A stretch of DNA of 59,776 nucleotides, counting the filler. It is 4 parts of 4 records of this genome, joined end to end, with 100 filler letters (N's around TTAATTAATTAA, not from the genome) between each part and the next. Parts side by side here need not be neighbours in the genome. Positions count along the whole stretch, not along the records: positions 17,868 to 32,630 come from SRR20825006_1618; 3 more parts are not named here. One strand, 5' to 3'. Of the stretch, positions 19,662 through 29,546 are shown piece by piece. The translations under genes and the position numbers were made by a program. The number at the start of each line of letters is the position of its first letter. The stretch's first letter is position 1. Under the pieces are notes generated by a model. It worked only from the letters and a program-made list of their open reading frames with translations. It did not search any database and was not told the origin of the DNA.

Positions 19662-20705
19662 TTAATGCCGCGTCAGGTCAAAGGCCTTGCGCATCACGGT
19701 GGGCAGGTCCGAGGGGCCGAACTCGGCCTGGGTCAGAAAACGTCCCGTGTCGGGTTCCGCATCGGTTTCGGCCAGCATCACGGTCAGGATCAGGTGGAAA
19801 TGGGTAAAGGTATGGCGCACCTCGCCTTGCAGAACAGTCCAGTCGGTTTTGACTGGCGGCGTGCCTGCGGGACGATCAAGGCTGACATCCACCCAATCCG
19901 ATCCGGGCCAGCCCAGCATCCCGCCCAACAGGCCTCGGTCGGGGCGGCGTTCCAGCAGATAGGCGCCATCAGGGCGGCGCGCGACATAGACGGTGCCGTG
20001 ACGCACCGGCTTGGCCTTTTTCGGGGTCTTCTTGGGCAGTTCGGGCGCGGTGCCGCGCTGGCGGGCCAGGCAGGGTGTGCGCCAGGGGCAAATGCCGCAG
20101 GCGGGCGATTTCGGCGTGCAGATGGTGGCACCCAGATCCATCACCGCCTGAGCATAGTCACCGGGTCGCTCCACGGGCGTCAGCGCCTCGGCGTGGGCCA
20201 TCAGGATCGGTTTGGCGGCAGGCAGGGCCGTGTGTTCGTCGTAGATTCGGGCCATCACGCGCTCGACGTTGCCGTCCAGCACTGCATGAGGCAGGTCAAA
20301 GGCGATCGAGGATATGGCGGCGGCAGTATAGGGACCGATGCCCGGCAAGGCCAAGAGCGCCGCGTGATCGGCGGGAAACCGGCCACCATGCTGGGCCACC
20401 ACGGCACGGGCGCATTTCAACAGGTTGCGGGCGCGGGCGTAATAGCCCAGCCCCGCCCATTCGGCCATCACGTCGCCGTCTTCGGCGGCGGCCAGATCGG
20501 CAACCGTGGGCCAACGTGTTGTGAAACGGGTGAAATAATCCTTTACCGCGGCAACGGTGGTCTGTTGCAACATCACCTCGGACAGCCAGACCGCATAGGG
20601 ATTGGGGCGTGTGCCCGCACGTTTGTCGGCGGGCGGCGTGCGCCATGGCATCACGCGGGCATGGACATCGTACCAGTCCAGCAGGTCTTTGGCGCGTTCA
20701 CGCAA
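19662..20705 (-). CDS. mutY: A/G-specific adenine glycosylase
   Basis: WLSEVMLQQT, GLGYYARARNL, LPGIGPYTA, VLDGNV, 4Fe-4S Cys cluster, HTFTHF. Confidence 0.96.
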   Translation of the reverse strand: MRERAKDLLDWYDVHARVMPWRTPPADKRAGTRPNPYAVWLSEVMLQQTTVAAVKDYFTRFTTRWPTVADLAAAEDGDVMAEWAGLGYYARARNLLKCARAVVAQHGGRFPADHAALLALPGIGPYTAAAISSIAFDLPHAVLDGNVERVMARIYDEHTALPAAKPILMAHAEALTPVERPGDYAQAVMDLGATICTPKSPACGICPWRTPCLARQRGTAPELPKKTPKKAKPVRHGTVYVARRPDGAYLLERRPDRGLLGGMLGWPGSDWVDVSLDRPAGTPPVKTDWTVLQGEVRHTFTHFHLILTVMLAETDAEPDTGRFLTQAEFGPSDLPTVMRKAFDLTRH

Positions 20706-20790
20706 GATTTATGCCCTTCTCTGGCGGCTATGTCTGGCAGCGGGCGCGCAAACCTTTATGATCCGCACCAACCTTTGGGGGAACATAGTC

Positions 20791-21297
20791 ATGGCGCGGC
20801 GTCCTGCCACCACAAAAGGGTTCAAACGAACCTCCAGCTTGCTCACGGGGCGCATTCGCACCGCAAGCGAAAGCCGTGGCTTCGCCCAATCGCGCCTTTT
20901 GACCCATTGGGCCGAGGTGGTCGGCGACGACATTGCCGCCATCGCCCACCCGGTCGAGGTCAGCTATGCGCGCGGGGGAATGGGGGCGACGCTGACGCTT
21001 TTGACCACCGGCGCGCAGGCCCCGATGCTGGAAATGCAAAAGGAACAGCTGCGCACCAAGGTCAACAGCGTCTATGGCTATAACGCCATTGCCCGCATCC
21101 GCGTGACCCAAACCGCGCCCACCGGCTTTGCCGAGGGGCAGGTGGCCTTTGGCCATCGCAAAGCGGACGCGCCGAAAGAGATCGACCCCAGCCTGAAAGC
21201 CAGGGCCGTAGAGACAACCGCCCCCGTGGCCGATGAGGGCCTGCGGGCCGCATTGGAACGTCTGGGCACCAATGTACTGACAAAAGCAAAACGCTAA
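20791..21297 (+). CDS. DUF721 / DciA-family protein
   Basis: SRGFAQSRLLTHWAEVVG, VNSVYGYNAIARIRVTQ; usual position between mutY and dsbA. Confidence 0.85.
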   Translation: MARRPATTKGFKRTSSLLTGRIRTASESRGFAQSRLLTHWAEVVGDDIAAIAHPVEVSYARGGMGATLTLLTTGAQAPMLEMQKEQLRTKVNSVYGYNAIARIRVTQTAPTGFAEGQVAFGHRKADAPKEIDPSLKARAVETTAPVADEGLRAALERLGTNVLTKAKR

Positions 21298-21309
21298 GAG
21301 GTAAGTTTC

Positions 21310-21999
21310 ATGAAAAGATTGATCGCAATTCTGGCCGCCGTCGCGGTCGTCGCCGTTGCGGCATGGTTCGTTGTCGGCCGCACCGCGCAGACCGAATCTT
21401 CGGCCACGCCGCTGGCCGCGACTGTGACCACACAGCCCGCCGAAGGCGAAAGCGCCATCGACATTTCGGACGTGGAGGAGATGCAGCAAGGCAACCCAGA
21501 CGCGCCGGTCACCATGATCGAATATGCCAGCTATACCTGCCCGCACTGTGCTGCCTTTAACACAGGCCCCTACAAGCAGTTGAAAAAGGACTATATCGAC
21601 ACCGGCAAGATCAACTTTATCTACCGCGAAGTCTATTTCGATGGTCCCGGCGTGTGGGCGTCGCTGCTGGCGCGCTGTGCGGGTCCCGAAAAGTTCTTTG
21701 GCATCACCGACCTGCTTTATGCCAGCCAGTCCAACTGGGCCAACGCCGGTGGGCGTGATCCCGGGGCGATCTCGGCCGAGCTGAAAAAGATCGGGCGTCT
21801 GGCGGGCATGGACGGCGACAAGATCGAAGCCTGCATGCAGGACGACGATCAGGCCAAGAAAATGGTCGAATGGTTCAAGGTGAACAGCGCCAAAGACGAC
21901 ATCACCGGCACGCCCAGCTTTGTCATCAACGGCAAAACCTACAGCAACATGTCCTATGCCGACATGAAAGAGATCCTTGACGCGGCGGGTGCCAACTGA
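21310..21999 (+). CDS. DsbA-family thiol:disulfide oxidoreductase
   Basis: GNPDAPVTMIEYASYTCPHCA, cis-Pro loop GTPSFVING, N-terminal anchor. Confidence 0.93.
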   Translation: MKRLIAILAAVAVVAVAAWFVVGRTAQTESSATPLAATVTTQPAEGESAIDISDVEEMQQGNPDAPVTMIEYASYTCPHCAAFNTGPYKQLKKDYIDTGKINFIYREVYFDGPGVWASLLARCAGPEKFFGITDLLYASQSNWANAGGRDPGAISAELKKIGRLAGMDGDKIEACMQDDDQAKKMVEWFKVNSAKDDITGTPSFVINGKTYSNMSYADMKEILDAAGAN

Positions 22000-23120
22000 T
22001 GACGGCACCGCTTGCTGGTCTGAAAGTTGTTGAACTGGCACGTGTTCTGGCCGGCCCTTGGGCCGGTCAGACGCTGTCGGACCTGGGTGCAGAAGTGATC
22101 AAGGTCGAAGCCGCCGCAGGCGACGACACGCGGCAATGGGGCCCACCCTTTGTGACGCGCGACGACGATGTGTCGGCCTCGTATTTTCACTCGGCCAACC
22201 GGGGCAAGGCGTCGATCATTGTCGATCTGCGCAGCGCCGAAGGGCAGGCGCGCCTCAAGGGGCTGCTGGCCGATGCCGACATCATGATCGAGAACTTCAA
22301 GGTGGGTGGACTGGCCAAATACGGGCTGGACTATGCATCGCTCAAGGATGAATTCCCCAAGCTGATCTATTGCTCGGTCACCGGCTTTGGCCAGACGGGG
22401 CCCTACGCGCACCGCGCAGGCTATGATTTCATTATTCAGGGCATGTCGGGTCTGATGTCGATCACCGGCGAGCCGGACGGCCAGCCGCAGAAATCCGGCG
22501 TGGCGATCACCGATATTTTCACCGGCGTCTATGCGACCACCGCGATTCTGGCCGCCGTCCACCAGCGCAGCCAGACCGGCAAGGGACAGCAGATTGACAT
22601 GGCCCTGCTGGATGTGGCCGTGGCGATCACTGCCAATCAGGCGATGAACTACCTGACCAGCGGCACCCCACCGGGACGTATGGGCAACGCACACGTGAAC
22701 CTGACGCCCTATCAGGTGTTCGATTGTGCCGACGGGCATATCATTATCGCCACAGGCAACGACGGCCAGTACCAGCGCCTGTGCCGCCTGCTGGGTCTGG
22801 ACGATATGGCGACGGCACCCGAATTTTTGAAAAATTCGGACCGGATCGCGAATCGTGACGAGATGACCCGCAAGCTGACCGCCGCGACCGTATTGCGCGC
22901 GCGGGATGATCTGCTGGCGGCCTGCGAGGCCGAAGGCGTGCCGGCAGGGCCGATCAACGACATGGCCGACGTGATGGCCGACCCGCAGATCGTCGCACGC
23001 GGGATGCAGATCGAGCTGGACGGCGTTCCCGGTGTGCGCACGCCGATCGTGTTTTCGGATGCGGAGCTGTCGCTGCACCGGCCTGCGCCGAAGCTGGGCG
23101 AAGACGACAAACGGTTGTAA
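21999..23120 (+). CDS. CaiB/BaiF class III CoA-transferase
   Basis: LARVLAGPW, DLGAEVIKVE, NRGKAS, ENFKVG, GFGQTGPY, GYD. Confidence 0.93.
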   Translation: MTAPLAGLKVVELARVLAGPWAGQTLSDLGAEVIKVEAAAGDDTRQWGPPFVTRDDDVSASYFHSANRGKASIIVDLRSAEGQARLKGLLADADIMIENFKVGGLAKYGLDYASLKDEFPKLIYCSVTGFGQTGPYAHRAGYDFIIQGMSGLMSITGEPDGQPQKSGVAITDIFTGVYATTAILAAVHQRSQTGKGQQIDMALLDVAVAITANQAMNYLTSGTPPGRMGNAHVNLTPYQVFDCADGHIIIATGNDGQYQRLCRLLGLDDMATAPEFLKNSDRIANRDEMTRKLTAATVLRARDDLLAACEAEGVPAGPINDMADVMADPQIVARGMQIELDGVPGVRTPIVFSDAELSLHRPAPKLGEDDKRL

Positions 23121-23124
23121 GTGC

Positions 23125-23190
23125 GTCGGGGGCTCTGCCTCCGGCGCAACCGCGCCGCCCTCCGGGATTTTCTGAACCAGAGATGACGGC
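23125..23190. repeat. Intergenic palindromic dispersed repeat (Rhodobacteraceae-type)
   Basis: GGGGGCTCTGCCTCCGG...CCGGGATTTTCTGAACCAGAGATGA between convergent genes; its reverse complement resembles 32600-32630. Confidence 0.5.
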
Positions 23191-24173
23191 TAGGGCTGCG
23201 GCAGCGCCTTCAGAAGGGTGTCCAGCGCCGAGGCATCTTCGAAGTGCAGGCGCACGGGCAGGGTGATGACCCGCGACCGGAAGGCCGCAGGCAGGCGCGC
23301 CGCGTCTTTCTCCGTTGTGACCAGCTGCGCGCCACGGGCGCGGGCATCGGCGTCCAGCCGTGACAAGAGGGCAGTCGACAGGGTCTGGTGATCGCCCAGC
23401 GGTTCGGCGTGGACGATGGTGGCCCCCAGATCCCGAAGGGTGTCAAAGAACTTCTGCGGACGGCCAATGCCCGCAAAGGCAAAGACCGGCGTGTCGGTCC
23501 AGTCCATACCGGTTTGCAGCGGCTTCAGCTCCGCGCGCACATGGGGCAGGGCGGTGTCCGGCTGAAAGGTGGCCTGATCGCCGGCGTTGCCGATGCTCAG
23601 CAGGATGTCGGCACGGGCCAGCCCGGCGGCCACAGGTTCACGCAGGGGACCCGCAGGCAAACAACGCGCATTGCCAAATCCGGTGGCCGCGTCCACCACG
23701 ACGATGCTGAGATCCTTGGCCAGATCGGGATTTTGCAGCCCGTCATCCATGATCACCACGGTTGCTCCGGCCTCTTGCGCTGCACGGCCCCCGGCGGCGC
23801 GGTCGCGGGCCACCCAGACCTCGGCAAAGGCGGCCAGCAGCAGCGGCTCGTCGCCCACCTGTTTCGCGGTGTGGCGGGCAGGGTCCACGCGCACGGGGCC
23901 GGTCAGCGACCCGCCATAGCCGCGCGTCACGATGTGGGGCGTGTGGTACAGGTCGCGCAGCTTTTCGGCCACGGCGATCACCGTGGGTGTCTTGCCGGTG
24001 CCGCCTGCATTGATGTTGCCGACGCAGACCACCGGTATGTCCAGCCGCAGCGGCGTGCCCTTGGCCAGCCTGCGGGCGGTGGCGCTTGCATAGAGATGGC
24101 CCAGGGGTGCCAGCAGGCGGGCCTGCCATGTAGGGCGTTCGGGCGGTGTGTTCCAGAAATCGGGCGCGCGCAT
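23190..24173 (-). CDS. lpxK: Tetraacyldisaccharide 4'-kinase
   Basis: [45 protein letters not shown]. Confidence 0.96.
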   Translation of the reverse strand: MRAPDFWNTPPERPTWQARLLAPLGHLYASATARRLAKGTPLRLDIPVVCVGNINAGGTGKTPTVIAVAEKLRDLYHTPHIVTRGYGGSLTGPVRVDPARHTAKQVGDEPLLLAAFAEVWVARDRAAGGRAAQEAGATVVIMDDGLQNPDLAKDLSIVVVDAATGFGNARCLPAGPLREPVAAGLARADILLSIGNAGDQATFQPDTALPHVRAELKPLQTGMDWTDTPVFAFAGIGRPQKFFDTLRDLGATIVHAEPLGDHQTLSTALLSRLDADARARGAQLVTTEKDAARLPAAFRSRVITLPVRLHFEDASALDTLLKALPQP

Positions 24174-25390
24174 CAGCTTAATCCATCCTGTCGGGCATCA
24201 AGGCTGTCATTTAACAGGGTGATGATCCGCTCGACCGTGTCGGCCCCTTCGGTCACGACGTCCCAGCCCGCCATCGCCATCTTGGCGGCCTGATCCGGTG
24301 CGATCAGCCATGTCACCGCAGCGCCCAGGCTTTCGGCATCATTTACGATCCGGGCCGCGCCTGCATTGGCCAGCCTGCGATAGGCGTCCAGATGCTTGCC
24401 GACGCTGGGACCATACAGGACCGCCGACCCCAGTGCCGCCGCCGCGAACGGATCCTGCCCGCCCTGGCCCGTTTCCAGCGAGCCGCCAAGGAAGGACACC
24501 GGTGCCACGCGGAACCACAGCCCGGTTTCATCGGGCAGATCAGCCAGCAGCACGGCAGTGTTGTCGTCGGGATAGGTGCCTTCGGACCAGCGCACCATGC
24601 GCAGGGCGTCCAGCACACATAAGTTGGCGGCAAACGCATCGGCGGCGGCGTCGCGCGGGTTCAGGATCAGCAGCAGCCGGTGCGACAGGCGCTGGGCGCG
24701 GCGGTGGGCCGTCAGCACGGCAGAGACTTCGGCGGCCGTCACTCCCGAGGCGAACCAGACCGGGCGACCGGAAAGGGCTTGGGACAGGTCGTCTACATCC
24801 TGCGGCGACGCAGGCAGCGCCTGACCGCCCGGCACCAGCGGCGCGGTGCGGTCGATCTTGGCCTCGGGCACGCCCAGCTGCCGGACCCGCGCCTCGGCGG
24901 CATCGCTGCGGGCCAGCACGTTGTCGAAAAGCGCCAGCAACTGGCGCGGCACCTCGGTCAGCCAGCGGTCGCGGCGGGTGTCAAAGCCGTCGGCGCCCGC
25001 ATCAATCAGAAACATCGGATGGCCCAGGGCTGCGGCGGCCTCAACCAGATTGGGTTGCAGCGCCCCCCAGGTCCAGATCACCGCATCGGGTTTCCAGTGG
25101 GCGACAAAGGCCGCCGTGGCCGCGGGATGTTCGGGCGGAAGGGCGGCGGTCAGCAGGCAGGGATCGTCGCAGGCCGCAGGCTCGGTCGGGGCGGTCAGCA
25201 ACACGTGCAGACCAAAGCGTGCGGCAATCAGGCGGCGCGCCAGATCGCGCACCCGCACCTCGCTGCCCGGCTCGGCGGCGTGCAGCCACACCAGCTCGCC
25301 CTTGGGACGGGGCGCATAGTCGGGCAGCTTTGGCACCGGCCCGCGACGGGTCAGCGCCCTGTAGGCTGCAAATCCCAGCGAGCGGGCCAT
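24173..25390 (-). CDS. waaA: Kdo transferase family protein (divergent motifs)
   Basis: LVWLHAA, FLGGSL, YGP; next to lpxK; canonical motifs are altered. Confidence 0.75.
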   Translation of the reverse strand: MARSLGFAAYRALTRRGPVPKLPDYAPRPKGELVWLHAAEPGSEVRVRDLARRLIAARFGLHVLLTAPTEPAACDDPCLLTAALPPEHPAATAAFVAHWKPDAVIWTWGALQPNLVEAAAALGHPMFLIDAGADGFDTRRDRWLTEVPRQLLALFDNVLARSDAAEARVRQLGVPEAKIDRTAPLVPGGQALPASPQDVDDLSQALSGRPVWFASGVTAAEVSAVLTAHRRAQRLSHRLLLILNPRDAAADAFAANLCVLDALRMVRWSEGTYPDDNTAVLLADLPDETGLWFRVAPVSFLGGSLETGQGGQDPFAAAALGSAVLYGPSVGKHLDAYRRLANAGAARIVNDAESLGAAVTWLIAPDQAAKMAMAGWDVVTEGADTVERIITLLNDSLDARQDGLS

Positions 25391-25399
25391 GGGTGCGGA

Positions 25400-25642
25400 T
25401 CAGCCCAGTTCTTCGGTGGGCGTGGCTGCGTTTTCTTCGTCACGCAGGCGGTGCAGGTGGGCGATGTAATAGCGCATGTGCGCGTTGTCGACGGTGCGTT
25501 GGGCTTCGTTCTTCCAGGCGTCATAGGCGCTGGCATAATTGGGAAAGATGCCCACGATATGCAGGTCGTCGACGTTTTTGAACACGTTCTCGGAAGGTGT
25601 CACAAGCTCGCCTCCGAAAACGAGGTGCAGGCGTTGGGTCAT
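25400..25642 (-). CDS. DUF4170 protein
   Basis: MTQRLHLVFGGEL...VGIFPNY...AQRTVDNAHMRY. Confidence 0.88.
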   Translation of the reverse strand: MTQRLHLVFGGELVTPSENVFKNVDDLHIVGIFPNYASAYDAWKNEAQRTVDNAHMRYYIAHLHRLRDEENAATPTEELG

Positions 25643-25709
25643 GGGATGGGTCCTTTGTTCGGGCGGCATGTCTGGCCGGGTGCAGTGTGCGCAAGGCCGC
25701 GTGTCGGGG

Positions 25710-26498
25710 TCAAGGTGATGGTGGTTTAAGGCCTGCAAACAGGCCTGCGTGCACCGCAGGCGTCGCGGCGATCACACCGTCCAGTGTGGGGTGCGGATTG
25801 TTGAACCGCAAGGGCAGGCCCGCGCGGTCGGTGATGGTGCCGCCCGCCTCGCTGACGATCAGCGCCCCGGCGGCGATGTCCCACTCCCAACTGTCGCGCA
25901 GGGTCAGCATACCGTCAAAGCGGCCCTCGCCCACCAGCGCCAGCCGGTAAGCCAGCGACGGGCGGTGCCCGCGTTTCAGCGCCGGGGGCGTGCCGCCACG
26001 CCAGTGGTGCGGTTGCAGCGCGGGCTTGGTCACCAGAACGGAACAGTCCTGCATCCGCTCGGTGTCCGAGACGGTCAACGGCGCGCCGTTCAGCGCGGCC
26101 CCCTGTCCCAGACCCGCCGTATAAAGCTTGTCCAGCATCGGCAGGTAGACGGCGGCGGCGGTGATCTGGCCGCCCTCGGCCACGGCGATGCTGTGCGCCC
26201 ATGTCTTGCTGCCCTCGACAAAGCTTCGGGTGCCGTCGATCGGATCGATGATGAACACCGTGTCCCGTCCCAGCCGGGTTGCGGTGTCCTCGCTTTCCTC
26301 GGACAGCCAGCCATAGCCGGGACGTGCAGTGCGCAGCATGTCGGTCAGCATGTCGTTGACGGCCAGATCAGCCTCGGTCACCGGACCTGCACCGCCGGGT
26401 TTGTCCCAGCGTTGCGCGTCGGGGCCGGTAAAGCTGGTGGCGATCCGCCCCGCCGCACGCGCCGCGTCAATCAGCAGGGGAAGATCAGCTGCCGGCAA
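25710..26498 (-). CDS. Inositol monophosphatase / CysQ family protein
   Basis: PVTEAD, WLSEE, IDPIDGTRSF, WEWDIAAG. Confidence 0.93.
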   Translation of the reverse strand: MPAADLPLLIDAARAAGRIATSFTGPDAQRWDKPGGAGPVTEADLAVNDMLTDMLRTARPGYGWLSEESEDTATRLGRDTVFIIDPIDGTRSFVEGSKTWAHSIAVAEGGQITAAAVYLPMLDKLYTAGLGQGAALNGAPLTVSDTERMQDCSVLVTKPALQPHHWRGGTPPALKRGHRPSLAYRLALVGEGRFDGMLTLRDSWEWDIAAGALIVSEAGGTITDRAGLPLRFNNPHPTLDGVIAATPAVHAGLFAGLKPPSP

Positions 26499-27831
26499 GG
26501 GTCATTCCCGGAACCAGAAGCGACGGCACAACGCGGCTCAGGTGCGTGCGTGCATCGTTGGCGGGCACGATGGCGCGCAGCATGTCGCGCAGGTTGCCCG
26601 CGATGGTGCATTCGTTGACGGCATGGGTGATCTCGCCATTTTCAACCCACAGACCCGCCGCGCCGCGCGAATAGTCGCCGGTGTTGGGGTTGATGGTCGA
26701 GCCGATCATCGAGGTGACCAACAGCCCGGTGCCCATGTCGCGGATCAGGTCGTCGCGGCTGGCGGTGCCTTGGGTCAGCTCCACGTTCCAGATGCTGGGC
26801 GACGGGCCCGACGAGGTGCCGCGCGCCGCGTTGCCGGTGGAGGGCATTCCCAGCTTGCGGCCCGTTGCCAGATCCAGCGTCCAGCCGGTCAGCACGCCAC
26901 CGTCCACGATGGCGCGGCGGGTGGTTGGCAGACCTTCGGCATCAAAGGGGCGCGAGGCCGAGCAGCGGGGGCGGTGGGGGTCTTCGATCAGTGACAGGTC
27001 GTCTGGCAGGATTTTCTCGCCCAATGCGCCCAGCAACCACGACGACCCGCGCGCGATGGCAGCACCGTTGACGGCCGACAACAGGTGGCCGATCAGGGTC
27101 GAAGAGACACGTTCGTCAAACAGCACCGGATAGGTGCCGGTGCGCGGCTTGCGCGGGTTCAGGCGGGCAATGGCCCGTTCGGCAGCTTCGCGGCCAATCT
27201 CTTCGGGGCTGCGCAGGTCGGCCTGATAGATGCGCCCGTCGCCGGAATAGTCGCGCTCCATCCCGGCACCTGTGCCCGCGATGGCCACGCAACTGATTCC
27301 GCGATCGGTGCGCGCATAGCCACCGGCAAAACCGTTGCTGGCCGCGATATGCACCTGCCGCGCGCCGTAGGCTGCAGAGGTCTGCGACACCTGGCTGATA
27401 CCGTCCTGTTCCAGGGCTGCGGCCTCGGCGCGGCGGGCGTTGTCTTCCAGCGTGGCGGCGTCGGGTTCAGGCGTGGGATCGGCCAGTTCCAGTACATCAA
27501 CGTCCCAGTCTTGTACCAATTGTTCGGGATCGGCGAGGCCCGCATAGGCATCTTCGGGCGCTTCGCGTGCCATCGCCACCGCGCGCACGGCCATTTCGGA
27601 AATCGTCCGCTCCGAGATGTCCGAGGCCGACACATTCGCCACGCGCCTGCCGACAAAGACCCGCAGACCGATGTCCACGCCCTCGGACCGTTCCGCATGT
27701 TCCAGCGCGCCGGCGCGCACGTCGACCGACACCGAAGTGCCCTGAACCGCCATCGCGTCGGCGGCGTCTGCACCTGCATCGGCGGCGGCTTTGAGCAATT
27801 GGTCGGTCAACGCATCAAGGGAACGGGTCAT
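26485..27831 (-). CDS. pmbA: TldD/PmbA family protein (PmbA/TldE-like)
   Basis: IGLRVFVG, PFDAEG, TGNAAR, TGDYSRG, TIAGNL; no HExxxH motif. Confidence 0.88.
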   Translation of the reverse strand: MTRSLDALTDQLLKAAADAGADAADAMAVQGTSVSVDVRAGALEHAERSEGVDIGLRVFVGRRVANVSASDISERTISEMAVRAVAMAREAPEDAYAGLADPEQLVQDWDVDVLELADPTPEPDAATLEDNARRAEAAALEQDGISQVSQTSAAYGARQVHIAASNGFAGGYARTDRGISCVAIAGTGAGMERDYSGDGRIYQADLRSPEEIGREAAERAIARLNPRKPRTGTYPVLFDERVSSTLIGHLLSAVNGAAIARGSSWLLGALGEKILPDDLSLIEDPHRPRCSASRPFDAEGLPTTRRAIVDGGVLTGWTLDLATGRKLGMPSTGNAARGTSSGPSPSIWNVELTQGTASRDDLIRDMGTGLLVTSMIGSTINPNTGDYSRGAAGLWVENGEITHAVNECTIAGNLRDMLRAIVPANDARTHLSRVVPSLLVPGMTLAGS

Positions 27832-28108
27832 GAAAATCTCCGGCTGAATTGGGCATGAGGTAGCCCCCGCGCCCGCTGCGCACAAGGGGGCGGGCCTGTG
27901 GCGTCCGAAAAAGACGCGGCAAATGCGCGTGATGTCTGCGGATCGGGCAGTGGCGGGAGAGGGGCGGATATCCGCTGTAAGCAGGAGCTTAAAGCAGCCG
28001 AATAAGCGGGGGCGCAATGGTGCGGATGCCCCGATGCGCTCAGATCAAGGCAAGACGACAGCATCCGTTGCCGTTCTTATCAAGCTTCAAACCGAAAACG
28101 AGGATACC

Positions 28109-28363
28109 ATGCGTAAAATTGCTCTGATCACCCTTATGGCCTTTGCCGCCCCTGCTTTTGCCGCCGACCTGACCGCAGATACCATGCTGGGCAAAACGAT
28201 GGACGAAGTGAAAACAACGCTGACTGACATGGGTTACGAAGTGCGCAAAGCCGAGATGGAAGACGGCAACATCGAGGTCTATTTCGTCAAGGACGGCAAA
28301 ATGGGCGAAGTCTATGTGGCCCCCGAAACCGGTGCGATCACCAAGCTTGACTGGAAGAACTGA
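28109..28363 (+). CDS. Secreted PepSY-domain protein
   Basis: Signal peptide, LTDMGYEVRKAEMEDGNIEVY...EVYVAPETG; GAGGA RBS. Confidence 0.85.
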   Translation: MRKIALITLMAFAAPAFAADLTADTMLGKTMDEVKTTLTDMGYEVRKAEMEDGNIEVYFVKDGKMGEVYVAPETGAITKLDWKN

Positions 28364-28365
28364 CC

Positions 28366-28941
28366 GTGTCGGTTGGTACGCAACTGGAAAGCGGGCGCGA
28401 AGGCGCCCGTGACGTGGCGGTCTGGGACCCGTTGGTCCGGCTGATCCACTGGTCGCTGGCGCTGATGATCCTGCTGAACGGTGCCTTTACCGATGACGAA
28501 GGCATGGTTCATCAATGGGTGGGCTATGTGGCGCTGGGGCTGGTGGGCATTCGCGTCGTCTGGGCCGTGGTCGGCCCTCGTCATGCGCGATTCGCGGCCT
28601 TTCCGCCCAATCCGATGCGGGCGCTGCGCTATCTCAAGGCGGTGCGGGCGGGGGATCGTACCGTGCATCTGTCCCATAACCCGCTGGGCGCGCTGATGGT
28701 GTACAACCTGTGGCTGACGGTCATCGCCATGGGTGTGACCGGCTACATGATGACGACCCTGCGGTTCTTCGGAATTGATTGGGTGAAAGAGGCGCATGAA
28801 CTGGCGTTCAACTGGCTTATGCTTTCGGTGGCGTTGCACGTGGCCGGTGTGGCGTTCGACACATGGCGATCCGGTGTCAATCTGCTGGGCGCCATGCTAT
28901 TGGGACGCAAACGTATTCCCAAGGGAACCTCGGTGGAATGA
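28366..28941 (+). CDS. Cytochrome b/b6-domain membrane protein
   Basis: VWDPLVRLIHW, HQWVGY, SHNPLG, HE...LHVAGV. Confidence 0.9.
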   Translation: MSVGTQLESGREGARDVAVWDPLVRLIHWSLALMILLNGAFTDDEGMVHQWVGYVALGLVGIRVVWAVVGPRHARFAAFPPNPMRALRYLKAVRAGDRTVHLSHNPLGALMVYNLWLTVIAMGVTGYMMTTLRFFGIDWVKEAHELAFNWLMLSVALHVAGVAFDTWRSGVNLLGAMLLGRKRIPKGTSVE

Positions 28942-29486
28942 AGCGACCCGCGCGGCCCGCAAAGGCAAAGGAACGACGCGCCACAGTGCTTGCGGGGATC
29001 ATCATCCTTCAGGCGCTGTGCGCGGCGTTTTTCATCGGTGACGTGCTGACCGACATGCGCGAGGGCGCGCATCTGAACCACGCTTTGCTGGCGGCGGAAA
29101 GTGTTGCCGCGATTGCCCTGTCGGGCGGGGTGATTTTCCTGATGATCGAATTGCGTCGCCTGCTGAACCGCATGAACGATATGGACGCGGGTCTGAGGGT
29201 GGCACAGGGGCAGTTGGCCGAGGTCATGGACGGTTTGTTCGACGACTGGAACCTGACAGCGGCTGAACGCGACATTGCCGTGATGATCTGCAAGGGACTG
29301 GACAATGACGAGATCGCGCGTGTCCGGCAGACGGCGGCAGGCACTGTGCGCGCGCAGGTCACCAGCGTTTATGCCAAGTCGGGCGCGCATGGGCGCAGCC
29401 AGTTCGTCAGCCTGTTTCTGGAAGAACTGATGGCCGGTGATTTCGGCGGAACGGGGCCACAGGACGCGCCGACACAGCTACCCTGA
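28938..29486 (+). CDS. Membrane-anchored LuxR-type HTH regulator
   Basis: Two TM segments then WNLTAAERDIA...KGLDNDEIA...GTVRAQVTSVYAK. Confidence 0.88.
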   Translation: MKRPARPAKAKERRATVLAGIIILQALCAAFFIGDVLTDMREGAHLNHALLAAESVAAIALSGGVIFLMIELRRLLNRMNDMDAGLRVAQGQLAEVMDGLFDDWNLTAAERDIAVMICKGLDNDEIARVRQTAAGTVRAQVTSVYAKSGAHGRSQFVSLFLEELMAGDFGGTGPQDAPTQLP

Positions 29487-29492
29487 GACAGC

Positions 29493-29528
29493 AAAAAGGG
29501 GCAGCACCTGCGCGCCGCCCCCTCTTTG
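29493..29528. terminator. Probable bidirectional terminator
   Basis: AAAAAGGGGCAGC...GCCGCCCCCTCTTT between convergent genes. Confidence 0.55.
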
Positions 29529-29546
29529 AAAACGTGGTGAGGTCGG

